This document shows, piece by piece, positions 1-12,600 of a stretch of DNA of 64,000 nt. A program made the position numbers and the translations under genes. Source of the stretch: Octopus sinensis (taxonomy: Eukaryota); assembly GCF_006345805.1 (NCBI RefSeq), contig NC_043021.1:5146001-5210000 (forward strand). The letters are read 5' to 3'. Within the stretch, counting starts at the first letter, position 1, and each line of letters opens with the position of its first letter. The notes under the pieces are model-generated. The model saw only the letters and a program-made list of their open reading frames with translations. It did no database searches and was not told where the DNA came from.

Positions 1-245
1 TATATGTGCATGTATTTGTTATTGTCTCCTTGCCATGACGTGTGATAATCATGAACAAGTGTCATACAAGCAGTTTTTTCATTTCCAGTGTTCTGTGGAA
101 ATATGTCTAGCCATGGAAAATTATTTTACTTGGCAACAGGAAGGGGCATCCTGCTGTTGGAAATCTGCCCCTACAAGTCCAATCTGATTTTATGCAAACA
201 TGTAACAGTGAATGTTGAAATAATTTTATATATATATATATATAT

Positions 246-474
246 GGTGGTGATCTGGCAGAAACGTTAGCACGCCGGGCGAAATGCGTACCCGTATTTT
301 GTCTGTCGTTACGTTCTGAGTTCAAATTCCACCGAGGTTGACTTTGCCTTTCGTCCTTTCGGGGTCGATAAATTAAGTACCAGTTGCGCACTGGGGTTGA
401 TGTAATCGACTTAATCCCTTTATATGTCCTTGTTTGTTCCCTCTGTGTTTAGCCCCTTGTGGGTAGTAAAGAAA
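246..474 (+). mobile_element. tRNA-derived SINE with Nin/Deu-type central domain
   Basis: Family core gcctttcatcctttcggggtcgataaattaagtaccag; other copies at 9261-9676(-), 34380-34595(-), 42487-42655, 54235-54598, 57015-57230(-); decayed copies at 14519-14965, 21460-22270, 47930-48360. Confidence 0.8.
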
Positions 475-1289
475 TATATAATATATATATATAATCATTT
501 AAACATTATATACACTTAAATTTCAATGTGGTTTGTCTTTGATCCATTCTTTCAGTTTTTATGAAACCCTAAGATGGTCAGTCTTGATCAACCGAGTCCC
601 CTCATGACCATCCAATTTTTCTTTTTTTTTTTTTTCTGCATGAGATGTACATTGTTCAACATTCCCCATTATCTTTGAAAAACTAAGGTACAGTATTTGA
701 GGGAGACTTGATGGCTATTTCCAGTTAGAGTGATAAAGACCTCTCCTGCTCTTATTGGCTTTGGTTAAATGCTGCATTTTCCCTAAATATTGTTTGTATT
801 GTTCATTAATTTATTTATTAATCTATACATAATTAATCTTCAGTTTCACAATTTAGCAGCCATTGTTCTCTTACAGCAAGGATGAGTCTGGAACAAGCAT
901 TTCTATAATAAATGTTTTTTTGTTATTTAACCTTACGTCAACCAGTGATCAAAAGTTTTCCAACCATGACCTTTCCATCTTTATGTTTGTATCTTGGATT
1001 ACATCTAATGGGTCTGTTTTTAAAACTGTAGGATGTGATTTAACCTTTTTGATAACATATTTCTATTAAAATTCACTGCCTTTTGTTTCAGTTAATTTTA
1101 TCATTTACTTGTTTGTTGTTAGACTGTGGCCATGCTGGTTCACAACCATGAAAAGATTTTAGTCCAACAAATCAACCCCAGTACTTTTTTTTTTGAGCCA
1201 GGTACTTACACGAGTCTCTTTTGCTGAATTGCTAAGTTACAGAGACATAAATAAACCAACACCAGTTATCAAGCAGTGGTAGGGAGCAA

Positions 1290-1320
<31 letters not shown>

Positions 1321-1321
<1 letters not shown>

Positions 1322-1692
1322 TTACTTGTTTCAGTCATGTGACTGTGGCCATGCTGGAGCACCGCCTTTAGTCGAGCAAATCGACCCCAGGACTTATTCT
1401 TTGTAAGCCTAGTACTTACTCTATTGGTCTCTTTTGCCAAACCACTAAGTTACGGGGACGTAAACACACCAGCATCGGTTGTCAAGCGATGTTGGGGGGA
1501 CAAATGCAGACACATACACACACACACACATATATACGACAGGCTTCTTTCAGTTTCCGCCTACCAAATCCACTCACAAGGCTTTGGTCGGCCCAAGGCT
1601 ATAGTAGAAGACACTTGCCCAAGGTGCCACGCAGTGGGACTGAACCCGGAACCATGTGGTTGGTAAACAAGCTACTTACCACACAGCCACTA
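1321..1692 (-). mobile_element. tRNA-derived SINE family A (CORE-like accttgggcaagt, internal TA/TG microsatellite)
   Basis: Reverse complement of the family-A sequence seen at 3251-3685; A box TGGCTGTGTGG, B box GGTTCAGTCCC. Confidence 0.85.
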
Positions 1693-1728
1693 CTAAGCCT
1701 ATATATATATATAACTGAAAAAATTTAG

Positions 1729-1772
<44 letters not shown>

Positions 1773-2223
1773 TGTGCTTTTTCAGTTTCTGTCTACCAAA
1801 TCCATTCACAAGGCTTTGGTCAGCCTAAAGCTGTTGTAGAGGAGACTTTCCCAAGGTGCCATGCAGTAGAACTGAATTGGAAACATGGTTGGGAAACTTC
1901 TTACCACACAGCTATGCCTGTGCCTAAAAAATGACCAGCCCCAGTGGAGTTTTGAAACTTATTGAATTCTCATCAGATATCTACATTAATTTGACCAATC
2001 AGTAACGAAGAATTTAGAAAAATAAGTTTGTTCTTAAACTGTTGTTTTTAACATGAAATTTTGATGGATGGTTTTAATTTAGATCGAGTTTGAATTTTTG
2101 AATCAGTGGTGATCTCAGATGGGTTGTGTCAAATATTCTACCCGATTTATGTTCCGACTGGTCAAAGCCGGTGTCTCCCACCTGCCCTACAATTTCTAAT
2201 TGTCTCCCTTTTGTTTCTTTCAG

Positions 2224-2250
2224 AATATCGCCGAGTATGTCATCTTAGTG
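2224..2250 (+). CDS. Candidate 27-nt frame-preserving microexon of an unidentified plus-strand gene
   Basis: Pyrimidine tract tgtctcccttttgtttctttcag preceded by branch-like ctaat; donor GTG|gtgagt; open in two phases ((E)YRRVCHLS(G) or NIAEYVILV). Confidence 0.5.
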
Positions 2251-2584
2251 GTGAGTGCTGTTATTTATCTTTTAAGCTTTTTCTGAATTGTTCTTCGTGT
2301 GTGTGTGTGTGCACTTAAGTGCAATGAATGTGTTGCGTATGTCTATACATGTATGTCTTGCTATTGGCATATAACTTTTGATAGTCACAGAGGTACCATC
2401 ATAGCACAGAAGTATGTCTTTGGCATTCAGAGCTGGCAGAGGTCATCCAACTTTGTTTAACCACAGCCAGTTTCTTTTGCAGAGAGGCAGAGATGCGGAT
2501 TTATTATATCAGGGATGTGCATGTAACTGGAGTACTCGACCACTTACAAATCGATTCAGTAGCAGGGAATTCTGTTGATTGTAT

Positions 2585-2882
2585 GTTGTTGTTTGTTCCT
2601 TCTCAAGCCATGCTTGGCTCATAAGGGCCGGTTTCCCGGTTTCTTGGCGTATAGGTTTCCCACCTGGACGGGATGCCAGTCTGTCGCAGGTGAGCTGCAA
2701 GATGGAGGAAAGAGTGAGAGAAAGTTGTGGCGAAAGAGTCAGCAGAAGTTCACCATTACCTTCTGCCAGAGCCACATGGAGCTTAGGTGTTTTTACTCAT
2801 AAACACACACATCACCCGGTCTGAGATTCGATCCCTCAACCACGAGTCTGCTGCTCTAACCACTAGGCCATGTGCCTCCACA
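2585..2882 (-). mobile_element. tRNA-derived SINE family D with 12-bp target-site duplication
   Basis: TSD tgttgattgtat at 2573-2584 and 2883-2894; tRNA-like head with A box tggcctagtgg; relatives at 9897-10140(+) and 46610-46910(-). Confidence 0.75.
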
Positions 2883-3250
2883 TGTTGATTGTATAACTGA
2901 ATCCCTGATGAGTGACAGAGATCCTCTGTTCTCTCCATACTCCCAACCATTCTCCTTATTGGACTAAACATCTTGGATTACTGTATGTTCTATATAAATC
3001 TACTGTGTACAGGGCACCTGTTCTTCTGTGCCGGTGTCACAAGAGAATCTCCACTTCCTTCCTCACCCCCAACCATACCAACTACACTCTCTCTACACTG
3101 ATTAGTAAGCAAGATAACTTCTGTAGTGTTGGCTCCAGAGAGTAGATGACTCTGGCTGTGGTGACCTGTCCAACCCGTGCTTGCATAAAACATGGATATA
3201 AAATGATTTGTGTACACACACACTTTCATAATGTTAACACTTAAATTCAA

Positions 3251-3433
3251 GGTGCAGGATTGGCTGTGTGGTGAGTAGCTTGTTTACCAACCACATGGTT
3301 CCGGGTTCAGTCCCACTGCGTGGCACTTTGGACAAGTGTCTTCTACTATAGCCTCGGGCCGACCAAAGCCTTGTGAGTGGATTTGGTAGACGGAAACTGA
3401 AAGAAGCCTGTCGTATATATGTGTATATATATA

Positions 3434-3495
<62 letters not shown>

Positions 3496-3685
3496 TTGTC
3501 CCTCTAGCATTGCTTGACAACCGATGCTGGTGTGTTTATGTCCCCGTTACTTGGTGGTTCGGCAAAAGAGACCGATAGAATAAGTACTCGGCTTACAAAA
3601 GAATAAGTCCCGGGGTCGAGTTGCTCGATTAAAGGCGGTGCTCCAGCATGGCCGCAGTCAAATGACTGAAACAAGTAAAAGAGTA
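3251..3685 (+). mobile_element. SINE family A, near full length
   Basis: Head ggtgcaggattggctgtgtgg, tail gactgaaacaagtaaaagagt; similar copies at 11155-11563, 13735-14145, 43589-43973, 53138-53513, 56083-56499(-) and a split copy at 7915-8817. Confidence 0.85.
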
Positions 3686-4191
3686 AATTAAAGCAGGGTA
3701 TGTGTGTGTATGCATGTTTGTATTATGTACTGTCAAGCACTAATGAAATTGTGTGTGTGAGTGTACAAGTGTTTTCGTGACCCAGACATCTGAGTGGTAA
3801 TCCAATCTAGAGTATGTTTGCACTTTGTCTCTCAAGTATCAAGTCATGAAACAGCTACGTTTGCCCGCCCAGTCTTTGTACTGCAGTCTGGGCTACAGAG
3901 AATAAGCATGATTAATATTTATGAGGCGTGGGCGTGGCTGTGTTGAAAAAAATTTGCTTCCCATCCACACGGTCTTTAGTTCAATCCCACTGTGAAGCAC
4001 CTTGGTTTAAGTGCTTTCTACCACAGCCTTGGGTTAACCAAAGCCTTGCGAGTGGAATTGGTAGACAGAAACTAAAAGAAGCCCATCATTGTATGTGTTT
4101 TACTGTCTCCTTGCTTTGACTACATTGACAAATGTAGCATATTGAAGACTTCGTCCATGGGCGCACACACACTGCCTACCTATCTATCTAT

Positions 4192-4229
<38 letters not shown>

Positions 4230-4230
<1 letters not shown>

Positions 4231-4727
4231 TAGCAGTATCACCCGGCGTTGCTCGGGTTTGTAAGGGAAATAACTATATAAGCATTTTTAGAGTTACTTC
4301 CTTTATAGATGCCAATTCGGGCTTTCTTAGCCATTTCTGTTTTGGTGTCTTCAAGCCATGAAGTCGTTGTTCTAAAAGAACGCTGGTCTCCTTGACAACG
4401 CATTACGACGTTGATTTCCTTACACTCCCTTCCCCACAGCTTCACGAAGGGGGAGAAGCAAGCACAGGTGCAGGTGTTTGAGCGTGGACGCCAACTCCGC
4501 CGCCATCGACACACGAAAAATTATGCATTAAAATGGAATAAAAAATGATGTTAAATTATTTTTAAAATCGTAGACTCATCGTAGACGCGCGCTAATACTC
4601 AGACGGGCTCGATATGAATCACGACTATAAGATACCCGAATTTGGTTAAACTGCACCGCAAAATGTGGGAGGAGTTAGGAATCTAAATCGTAGGAGACAG
4701 ACACTCACACAACTACAGTTTTATTTA
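4230..4727 (-). mobile_element. Non-autonomous Helitron-like element
   Basis: Minus-strand 3' end CCCGAGCAACGCCGGG hairpin followed by CTAG|T, next to (TA)n. Confidence 0.7.
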
Positions 4728-5007
4728 TGAAGTGGTAGCACAGACTTATAAAAAATCTTTTTATCTTTTTAATAAATGTTGTCATCCAAACAATATCCTT
4801 TATTTCCAATCTTCTGTAAAAACATGTCTAGTCATAGTAAATATTACCTTATTTGGAAACAAGTTGGGAACATAAAGTTGTAAAAATAAAATACACCTCT
4901 ATGAATTCTTTCTGACTCATTCAGTCATGGAACAGTGGACATTAACACAATGACAATGCATTAAATTCAGATCTTGTGTAACAAGGCTGGACCTTTCAAT
5001 TATTGAT

Positions 5008-5190
5008 ACAGATCCGTGGGATAAGCTGCCGGACAAGATAGTGAAGATGCCGACGACTGCTCGGTTCAAAGTCTCTCTTGACCAGAAATGGCCTGAACTC
5101 TTTGCATGAACACCCTCCCTGTACATAACTCCATGTCCCCCTACATGGCCTTGCTTTTCGCTTTTTGAGCCAAAAAATTAACTTAACTCA
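5008..5190 (+). mobile_element. CR1-type LINE 3' end fragment
   Basis: Translates PWDKLPDKIVKMPTTARFKVSLDQKWPELFA*, resembling the WNxLP...FKxxLD terminus of CR1-clade ORF2. Confidence 0.6.
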
Positions 5191-5972
5191 AGATCATCCA
5201 ACAGGCATCCACAGAGTTTTGGACAACCCAGTTTCAACATGAGGCTTGAGTTGACCCAAGACTATGGTAAAAGGCGTTAAATGGTGGGACCAAAGTGAAT
5301 TTCTTGACTCTCAGACCTGTGTATGTCATCATCATCATTATTGAATATCTGTTTTCCGTGATGGCATCGATCAGCCAGTTTGACTGCATCATTTTCCAGT
5401 GTCTTCTTTGGCATGTTTCTACAGTTGGATGCTCTTCCTAACATCAACCCCATTACAATGTGTGCTTGGTACTTCTATGTACCACTGGCACTATCGCAAG
5501 TCAAGAAACCCAGGGAGGATGTTGCATCTATATGTTAGATGGGGGTTAAGGTAAAGTCAACAAACTGGTATGTGTGTACACACCACAGGCTTCTTTCAAT
5601 TTCTGTCTGCCAAATCCACTTACAAGGCTTTGGCTGACCTGGGGTTATAATAGAAGACACTTTGCCCATCTGTTACTCTGGGACTGAAACCAAAACCATA
5701 TGGTTCAGTAGCAAACTTTTTACCACTGAGCCCTGCCTTCACCTAATGTTTCAAAACACACAGTCCTAAAAGCAGTAAGGTCCTCCTTACGTATTTTGAT
5801 AGCATAAATTATCCTCTAATGGGTGGAAATGCTAAGATTGTGTAAATGATTCCCTTTCTTCTTTACTTTTGTTACTCACTTTCTCTCACTTGTTGTTGTT
5901 AAGCCCTGGGTCATAACTGACTGAGCAAGATCTTGGATCAAAGGTATTACAGCCATTACCATCCCAGTCTTG

Positions 5973-6017
<45 letters not shown>

Positions 6018-6925
6018 GGACCACATTGTTAAATATATCTTTCTTTGTACTTTTAAAACTAGGAAACGTGGTTTTGAGTGAGTTTGTTTTTGCTTTTTGT
6101 CTTTTTGTCAACTGTTGTTTCTAGCAAGTTAAGCAACTCCATAGAGGATCTCACATTGGCTCACAACTAATGACTACATAGTTGTTGACTCCCCCTATTA
6201 ATGGTGACCTACCAATTATTGGCATCTATTGAAGCACTCACATAAGCAATATGTCACACTTTCACAGCTGTCACTCTTCTCTTGTTATTACCATTATTGT
6301 TATGTAAGTGAAGTTGACAAACTGGTCTATCAATGGAAAGCTAGCTGCTTGCTTTACTGTGTGATTTAGCAAATACTTTTCCAGACACACCCTGGATGCT
6401 TTGTCAAACTGACAGCTTTCACTATCACCTCGAACTTTTGAACGAGCTACTCTGCTAGCTTGCTAGAAACAGCAGCTATGTCTACCTCAAGTTATATCCA
6501 TTGCATTTATGTCTTCAGTAAAGAACACGTGAGTTAGTCCCAACAGACCTTTTAAAGTGACAGAATGGTTACTTCCGGAATCCCCTTTTGATCATAGGGC
6601 TGATCCCACCAAAACGAAGCACCAAGTGTGTTTGTGGTCACTGACACCTTCAAAATTACAAGCAATTTTCAGCTTTTTTAATATCTTTATCACTACATCT
6701 CTCTCTGCAAAAAAAAAGAGAGAAAGTTCTCGAAAGTAATGTAAAGCAAACTGAAGTTGTAGCTTATTGAATGAGTCGGGGGGGGGGGTTCTTCATAAGA
6801 AATAGAATATTTCTGTTTGAACGACTGGTACTTAATGCCTGCCCACACTGTTAAGTTATACGTCTTTTACAAATCACTTCAACAAAACCGCTTTTGTATA
6901 AGTGTGCACATGCTTGCGGGGGTGA

Positions 6926-7008
<83 letters not shown>

Positions 7009-7010
7009 CA

Positions 7011-7394
7011 CTAGCAGTATTGCCCGGCGTTGCTCGGGTTTGTAAGGGAAATAACTATAAAGCATTTTTAGATAGTTATAGCCAAAATATAGCAAAAAAA
7101 TGGGGAAAAAATGATGGTAAATTTTTTTTGAGAGTTAAAGAGGTGGAGTTGCGTGCCCTAGACAGTCTGTGGTTTGTGTTTCTGATTCTCGACCCCATGT
7201 CGAATTTATCGATTTTTTTCAGAACTGGGGGAACTTTTCAAAATTTTCGCTGCGTTAGTTTTGAATTATGACATTGGGCTATGTGTGTGTCAAGTTTCAT
7301 CAGAATCGGTTGAAAGCCGTGGTCAGGGTGAGGGTACAACCAAACAGACACACAGAAACACACACAGACAAACTGCCGTTTATATAGAGAGAGA
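7011..7394 (-). mobile_element. Non-autonomous Helitron, complete termini
   Basis: A|TC 5' end at 7394, subterminal hairpin and CTAG|T 3' end at 7011; same family in the opposite orientation at 63225-63597. Confidence 0.8.
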
Positions 7395-8078
7395 TACTTG
7401 TATACACATATCTTCAATTCTTGCTCATGCGATCAGTATATCAAGCTTGGGGAATACTCCTAAGGAAATGTTGCACTCAAACTTTTTTGTATGTTGCTTT
7501 CATAACTCTTTCTTCACCACCACCTCCACCCCTGCCTATGTAATGTATCTTTTACTTGCTTGGACTGTGGCCATGCTGGAACACTGCCTTGAAGTACTTT
7601 AGTTGAATAAATTGACCGTGGTGCTTACATTAGTTCCCCTTTGCCTAACAACTGTTACAGAGAAGTAATCTAACCAACAAGAAGTGGTGAGGACAAACAC
7701 ACACACACACACAGAGTATGGGCTTCTTTCAGATCCCATCTACCAAATTCTCTCGGAAGGCTTTGGCTGATCCACAGAGTAGAAGACACTTGCTACACAG
7801 TGAGAATGAACCCAAAACCACATGGATGCAAAGCAAACTTCTTAACCAACCAGCCATACCATGCCCCAATTTTTTTTTAGCAGAAATGTCCATTCTTTTT
7901 ATTGATTGCTACCGTAGGAGTGGCTGTGTGGTAAGTAGCTTGCTTACGAACCACATGGTTCCGGGTTCAGTCCCACTGCATTGCATCTTGGGCAAGTGTC
8001 TTCTACTATAGCCTCGGGCCGACCAAAGCCTTGTGAGTGGATTTGGTAGACGGAAACTGAAAGAAGCCCGTCGATATA

Positions 8079-8120
<42 letters not shown>

Positions 8121-8534
8121 AGGCACAACTTCACAAGCCAGCCCCTACTCAAATCGTCCTGTCGAAAGACCCTTGTCCTACGTCCTGGTTTTGTTTTTGT
8201 GTTTTTTTTTTATTTTTACGTTATGTTTTTACGTTTTTGTATTCTTATTGGTGTCACGTATTCTGTATTTTGTTGTGTACTTCGATCGTTTTCCGTCCTT
8301 TCGTTGTATACATTCGAAGCTTTCTTCCAGGGGATCTAATGCGCTTGGCTTAGATTTCCCTTGGCGGGCTGGCCATATCGGAGCAATCTCAAGATTAATC
8401 AGCCGAAATTGCTAAGATGATCTGGTTCTTGACTGATGACTGAGGGCTTCGAATGTCCCGTCCTGTGGTTCTTGTGTCGTCTCTGTGGTGTTTCATGTTC
8501 TTGTCCATGTCTGTATTTTATTTTACTGTTTACC

Positions 8535-8601
<67 letters not shown>

Positions 8602-9260
8602 TATATGCATGTGTGTGTTGTGTGTCTGTGTTTGTCCCCTAGAATTGCTTGACAACTGATGCTGGTGTATTTATGTCCCCCGTTACTTAGCAGTTCGGCA
8701 AAATAGACCGATAGAATAAGTTCTGGGCTTACAAAAGAATAAGTCCCGGGGTTGAGTTGCTCGATTAAAGGCGGTGCTCCAGCATGGCCGCAGTCAAATG
8801 ACTGAAACAAGTAAAAGTGTAAACCAAGTATGTAACAGTGCACATTAAGATGATGATGATGATGATGATACTCTATGCTCTATTAACGAACCAGTAGCAA
8901 TTAAAAAAAGAAAAACCCTACTACCAGCCCTGTCACCACCACACTTTCACTGGTTTGTGGAATGTTCTGGATATAATATATTATTACTCTTCTAAATTGG
9001 GTCGTTATTTTAGTCTGCCTTTCAACAACCTACTAAGTTGCTTTGACCTTTCTGTGGTATCACTGACAATGACTTCTGTTGTGGTGTGTGTGTGTGTCTC
9101 AGTTATGTATTTGTTTTTGTGTAGGTTCACTGCATTTTTTTTTCTTCCATTTCAAATTTAATGGGAAGTCCCTCCTTGTTTTTTTGTTTTTTTTTTTGTC
9201 CTCGCTAAGCAACTACCATACATACTGTAAGACCTCTGTAGCTAAAGGTCCTATGTATTC

Positions 9261-9676
9261 TATTTCTTTACTACCCACAAGGGGCTAAACACAGAGAGGA
9301 CAAACAAGGACAGACAAACGGATTAAGTCGATTATATCGACCCCAGTGCGTAACTGGTACTTATTTTAATCGACCCCGAAAGGATAAAAGGCAAAGTCGA
9401 CCTCGGCGGAATTTGAACTCAGAACGTGACGGCAGATGAAATACCTATTTCTTTACTACCCACAAGGGGCTAAACACAGAGGGGACAAACAAGGACAGAC
9501 AAACAGATTAAGTCGATTATATCAACCCCAGTGCGTAACTGGTACTTATTTAATCGACCCCGAAAGGATGAAAGGCAAAGTCGACCTCGGCGGAATTTGA
9601 ACTCAGAACGTAATGACAGTCGAAATACGGCTACGCATTTCACCCGGCATGCTAACGATTCTGCCAGCTCGCCGCC
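9261..9676 (-). mobile_element. Dimeric Nin/Deu-type SINE with 19-bp TSD
   Basis: ctaaaggtcctatgtattc at 9242-9260 and 9677-9695; body duplicated in tandem. Confidence 0.85.
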
Positions 9677-12600
9677 CTAAAGGTCCTATGTATTCATCAT
9701 CCCACCAAGGTGCAGGCATGGCTGTGTGGTTAAGAAGTTTGCATCCCAGCTGCATATTTTCAGGTTCAGTCCCACTCTGTGCTACCTTGGAGAAATGGAT
9801 AGTTTTAATCAATTTTCATGAAACTGCTTTGTGTGATGTCAGGATTATGCCTGCTTCAGTGTATCATTTCCAGTTATACTAATTTATATGTGAAAAGTAC
9901 GTGGCCTAGTGGTTAGGCTGTTGCACTCATGATTGCTAGATTGTGGGTTCGATTCCCTGGCTGGGTGCCACATTGTCTTCTTGGGCAAAACACTTCATTT
10001 CATATTGCTCCAGTCCCCCTTCAATCAGTGGGGCCTGCTCACCTAGCCAGCAGGCTAGTGTCATTTGAAGGCTAAAACAATGCAAAAGTGCATTGTGACC
10101 AGCAATGTGTAACAACATCTGATAGCCTGGTCAGTCACATGAGCACATGACTAATTTATAGGGGGATTGGCTCTCCAATTGAATGTTCACCATCTTTGAT
10201 AGTGTTCCCATTCAGAGCCAATGATGGAATATACAAACTCTCAGCCCTTTACCTGTTACATTAGATCCTCTTCAACACAATACAAAAGTTTTATTTTGTT
10301 AAATCTCAGGAGGGTCATTATGCCAATGATAAACAGGTGCTGGTTTTATTTCACTTCATTATTTCTCAATTGGTTAACTATTTAACCAGGTAACTAATCA
10401 ATTTGATTAATCATTTGGTTAATCATCATTTAGCGTCCGCTTTCCATGCTAGCATGGGTTGGACAGTTCAACTGGGATCTGGGAAGCCAGAAGGCTGCAC
10501 CAGGCCCAGTCTGATCTGGCAATGTTTCTACGGCTGGATGCCCTTCCTAATGCCAACCACTCCGTGAGTGTAGTGGGTGCTTTTTACATGCCACCGGCAC
10601 AGGTGCCAGACGAGGCTGGCAAACGGCCATGGTTGGGTGGTGCTTTTCACGTGCCACCGGCACGGAAGCCCGTCGGGGCGCTGCTGGCAACGCGATTTTC
10701 ACTTGCCTCAACAGGTCTTCACAAGTAGAGTTTTGTGTCCCAAGAAGGAAAATCAGATATATTTGACAAAGGTTTTCCATTGCCATTTGCAACTTCTTGA
10801 ATGCCACGCCTCTCTGCTCTGGGTCATCTTCAGGTCTCTCTGTCTCTTAGTTTTGTTTTTTGTTTTTCTTTCTTTTTTTTTTGTGAGGGGCTGTCTGTAT
10901 TTATGTAGTTGTACAGGTGAGTGTGATGGATAACAATAAAGAAGGGTTTTGGGCTCATACCAGTATTATCATAGGGGAGAGTGTGTTAGTAGGGACTTCA
11001 CTTGTTACGTGTGTCTGACAGCTTTCCACACATATTTTCCATCTACCGTGTTTCGCACTAAGCATTGGTCATTTTGTCAAGGCCCAAGCTACCCTGCAGG
11101 GTAATTGAACCTGGAGGCCACATGGTTGCAAAGCAAACTTCTTAATTAATCATGCCAGGAGTGGCTGTGTGGTAAGTAGCTTGCTAACCAACCACATGGT
11201 TCCGGGTTCAGTCCCACTGCATGGCATCTTGGGCAAGTGTCTTCTGCTATAGCCCCGGGCCGACCAATGCCTTGTGAGTGGATTTGGTAGACGGAAACTG
11301 AAAGAACCCGTCGTATATATGTATATATATATATAAGTGTGTGTGTGTATATGTTTGTGTGTCTGTGTTTGTCCCCCTAGCATTGCTTGACAACCGATGC
11401 TGGTGTGTTTACGTCCCCATCACTTAGCGGTTCGGCAAAAGAGACCGATAGAATAAGTACTGGGCTTACAAAGAATAAGTCCCGGGGTCGATTTGCTCGA
11501 CTAAAGGCGGTGCTCCAGCATGGCCGCAGTCAAATGACTGAAACAAGTAAAAGAGTAAAAGAGTTCTCTCATTTCTCAAAGACACTCTTCAGAACTTCTG
11601 AGAGTTAACGACCTCTGCTTACAATATTACTTATTGTTGCAAAGAAGTGTGCCAATGGAAATGTTTTGAAAAAAACTTGGTATTTCGGGCTGGCTAAATG
11701 ATTAAGTGAAATAATTTAACTACCAGCTAACGAACTGATTAAACTAGCTGGTTAGTGTTTAGTTTGCTCAAAAACTACTATCTGTTCTTACACGGTACAG
11801 AATGTGTGTGCATGCGTGTGTATGTGCTGGATGGTATTGTCTCTTTGTTTATGATCTTGCCTTTGTGTCTATGTATACGTGTATGCTTGTGTGTGTGTGT
11901 GTGTTTCTGGTTTTTTTTTTTCTCCATTACTGTCATTTTTGTAGCTCTTCAAAAAAGCCAGTTATATTTCAATACATTTTGTCTGCATCAAGAATTTGCA
12001 TTAAATTCTGTAGAAATTTTGATACCTGCTGTTTACTGTTTTATTTTGTTTTGTTTTGTTTTTTTCTACCTCTAAGTACTTTTTCTTGCTTCTCACCATC
12101 TCTGTCTGTCTCTCTCTCTCTTGTTCTATTCGTCTCTTTCTATCACTCATCCATTTTATCCTCCCCCACCTCCCACCCCCAATAGTCTAGTGCCTTCAGT
12201 AATTTTCAAGTTCGCCATTCTTCATTTTACGTTGGTTTTTTCCTTCTTTTCTTCATCCCCCCCCCTTTATTTCTCTATCCGTCTTTCTTCTATGTAATTA
12301 TCATTACTTTGTAATCAAATCACTCCAAGACTTATCAAGACAAATGCCTATGTCTGGGCTGTAGACCAGCCTATTTATGGAACTCTTTTGCTGCTGCTTA
12401 TAAAAATGTGAAACTTGATGCATTGCCTGTGTTAGAAGCTGGAGCTGCTGTTTCTCAACCAATGGATGCTTGCCTCCACAAAAATACAGACACAGGCAGA
12501 TGGTTGGTTGATGGGTGGTTGGTTTAAGTCAGAGACAGTTATTGATATTAAAAAAGGGGTTTTTTCCCACTTTTTTTTTTATAAATTGCCTTTTCTTTTT

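Noticed and set aside
2903-3050. CTGATGA followed by gtgaca...tgtcac, a possible hammerhead
   Set aside because: GAAA and stem III are missing after the stem; at best a dead relic.
3251-3330. tRNA-like heads with A and B boxes in many places
   Set aside because: They are SINE heads continuing into SINE bodies and do not close a cloverleaf.
8355-8420. ggctg...cagcc-GAAAT in the element splitting the SINE at 7915-8817
   Set aside because: No CUGANGA or cleavage triplet, so it cannot be called a ribozyme; the element class is unresolved.
10888-10922. Perfect donor CAG|gtgagt at 10916
   Set aside because: No convincing acceptor; the candidate exon lengths (8 or 29 nt) break frame.
11945-12030. 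Acceptor-like site with a short open frame
   Set aside because: No good donor and no recognisable peptide.
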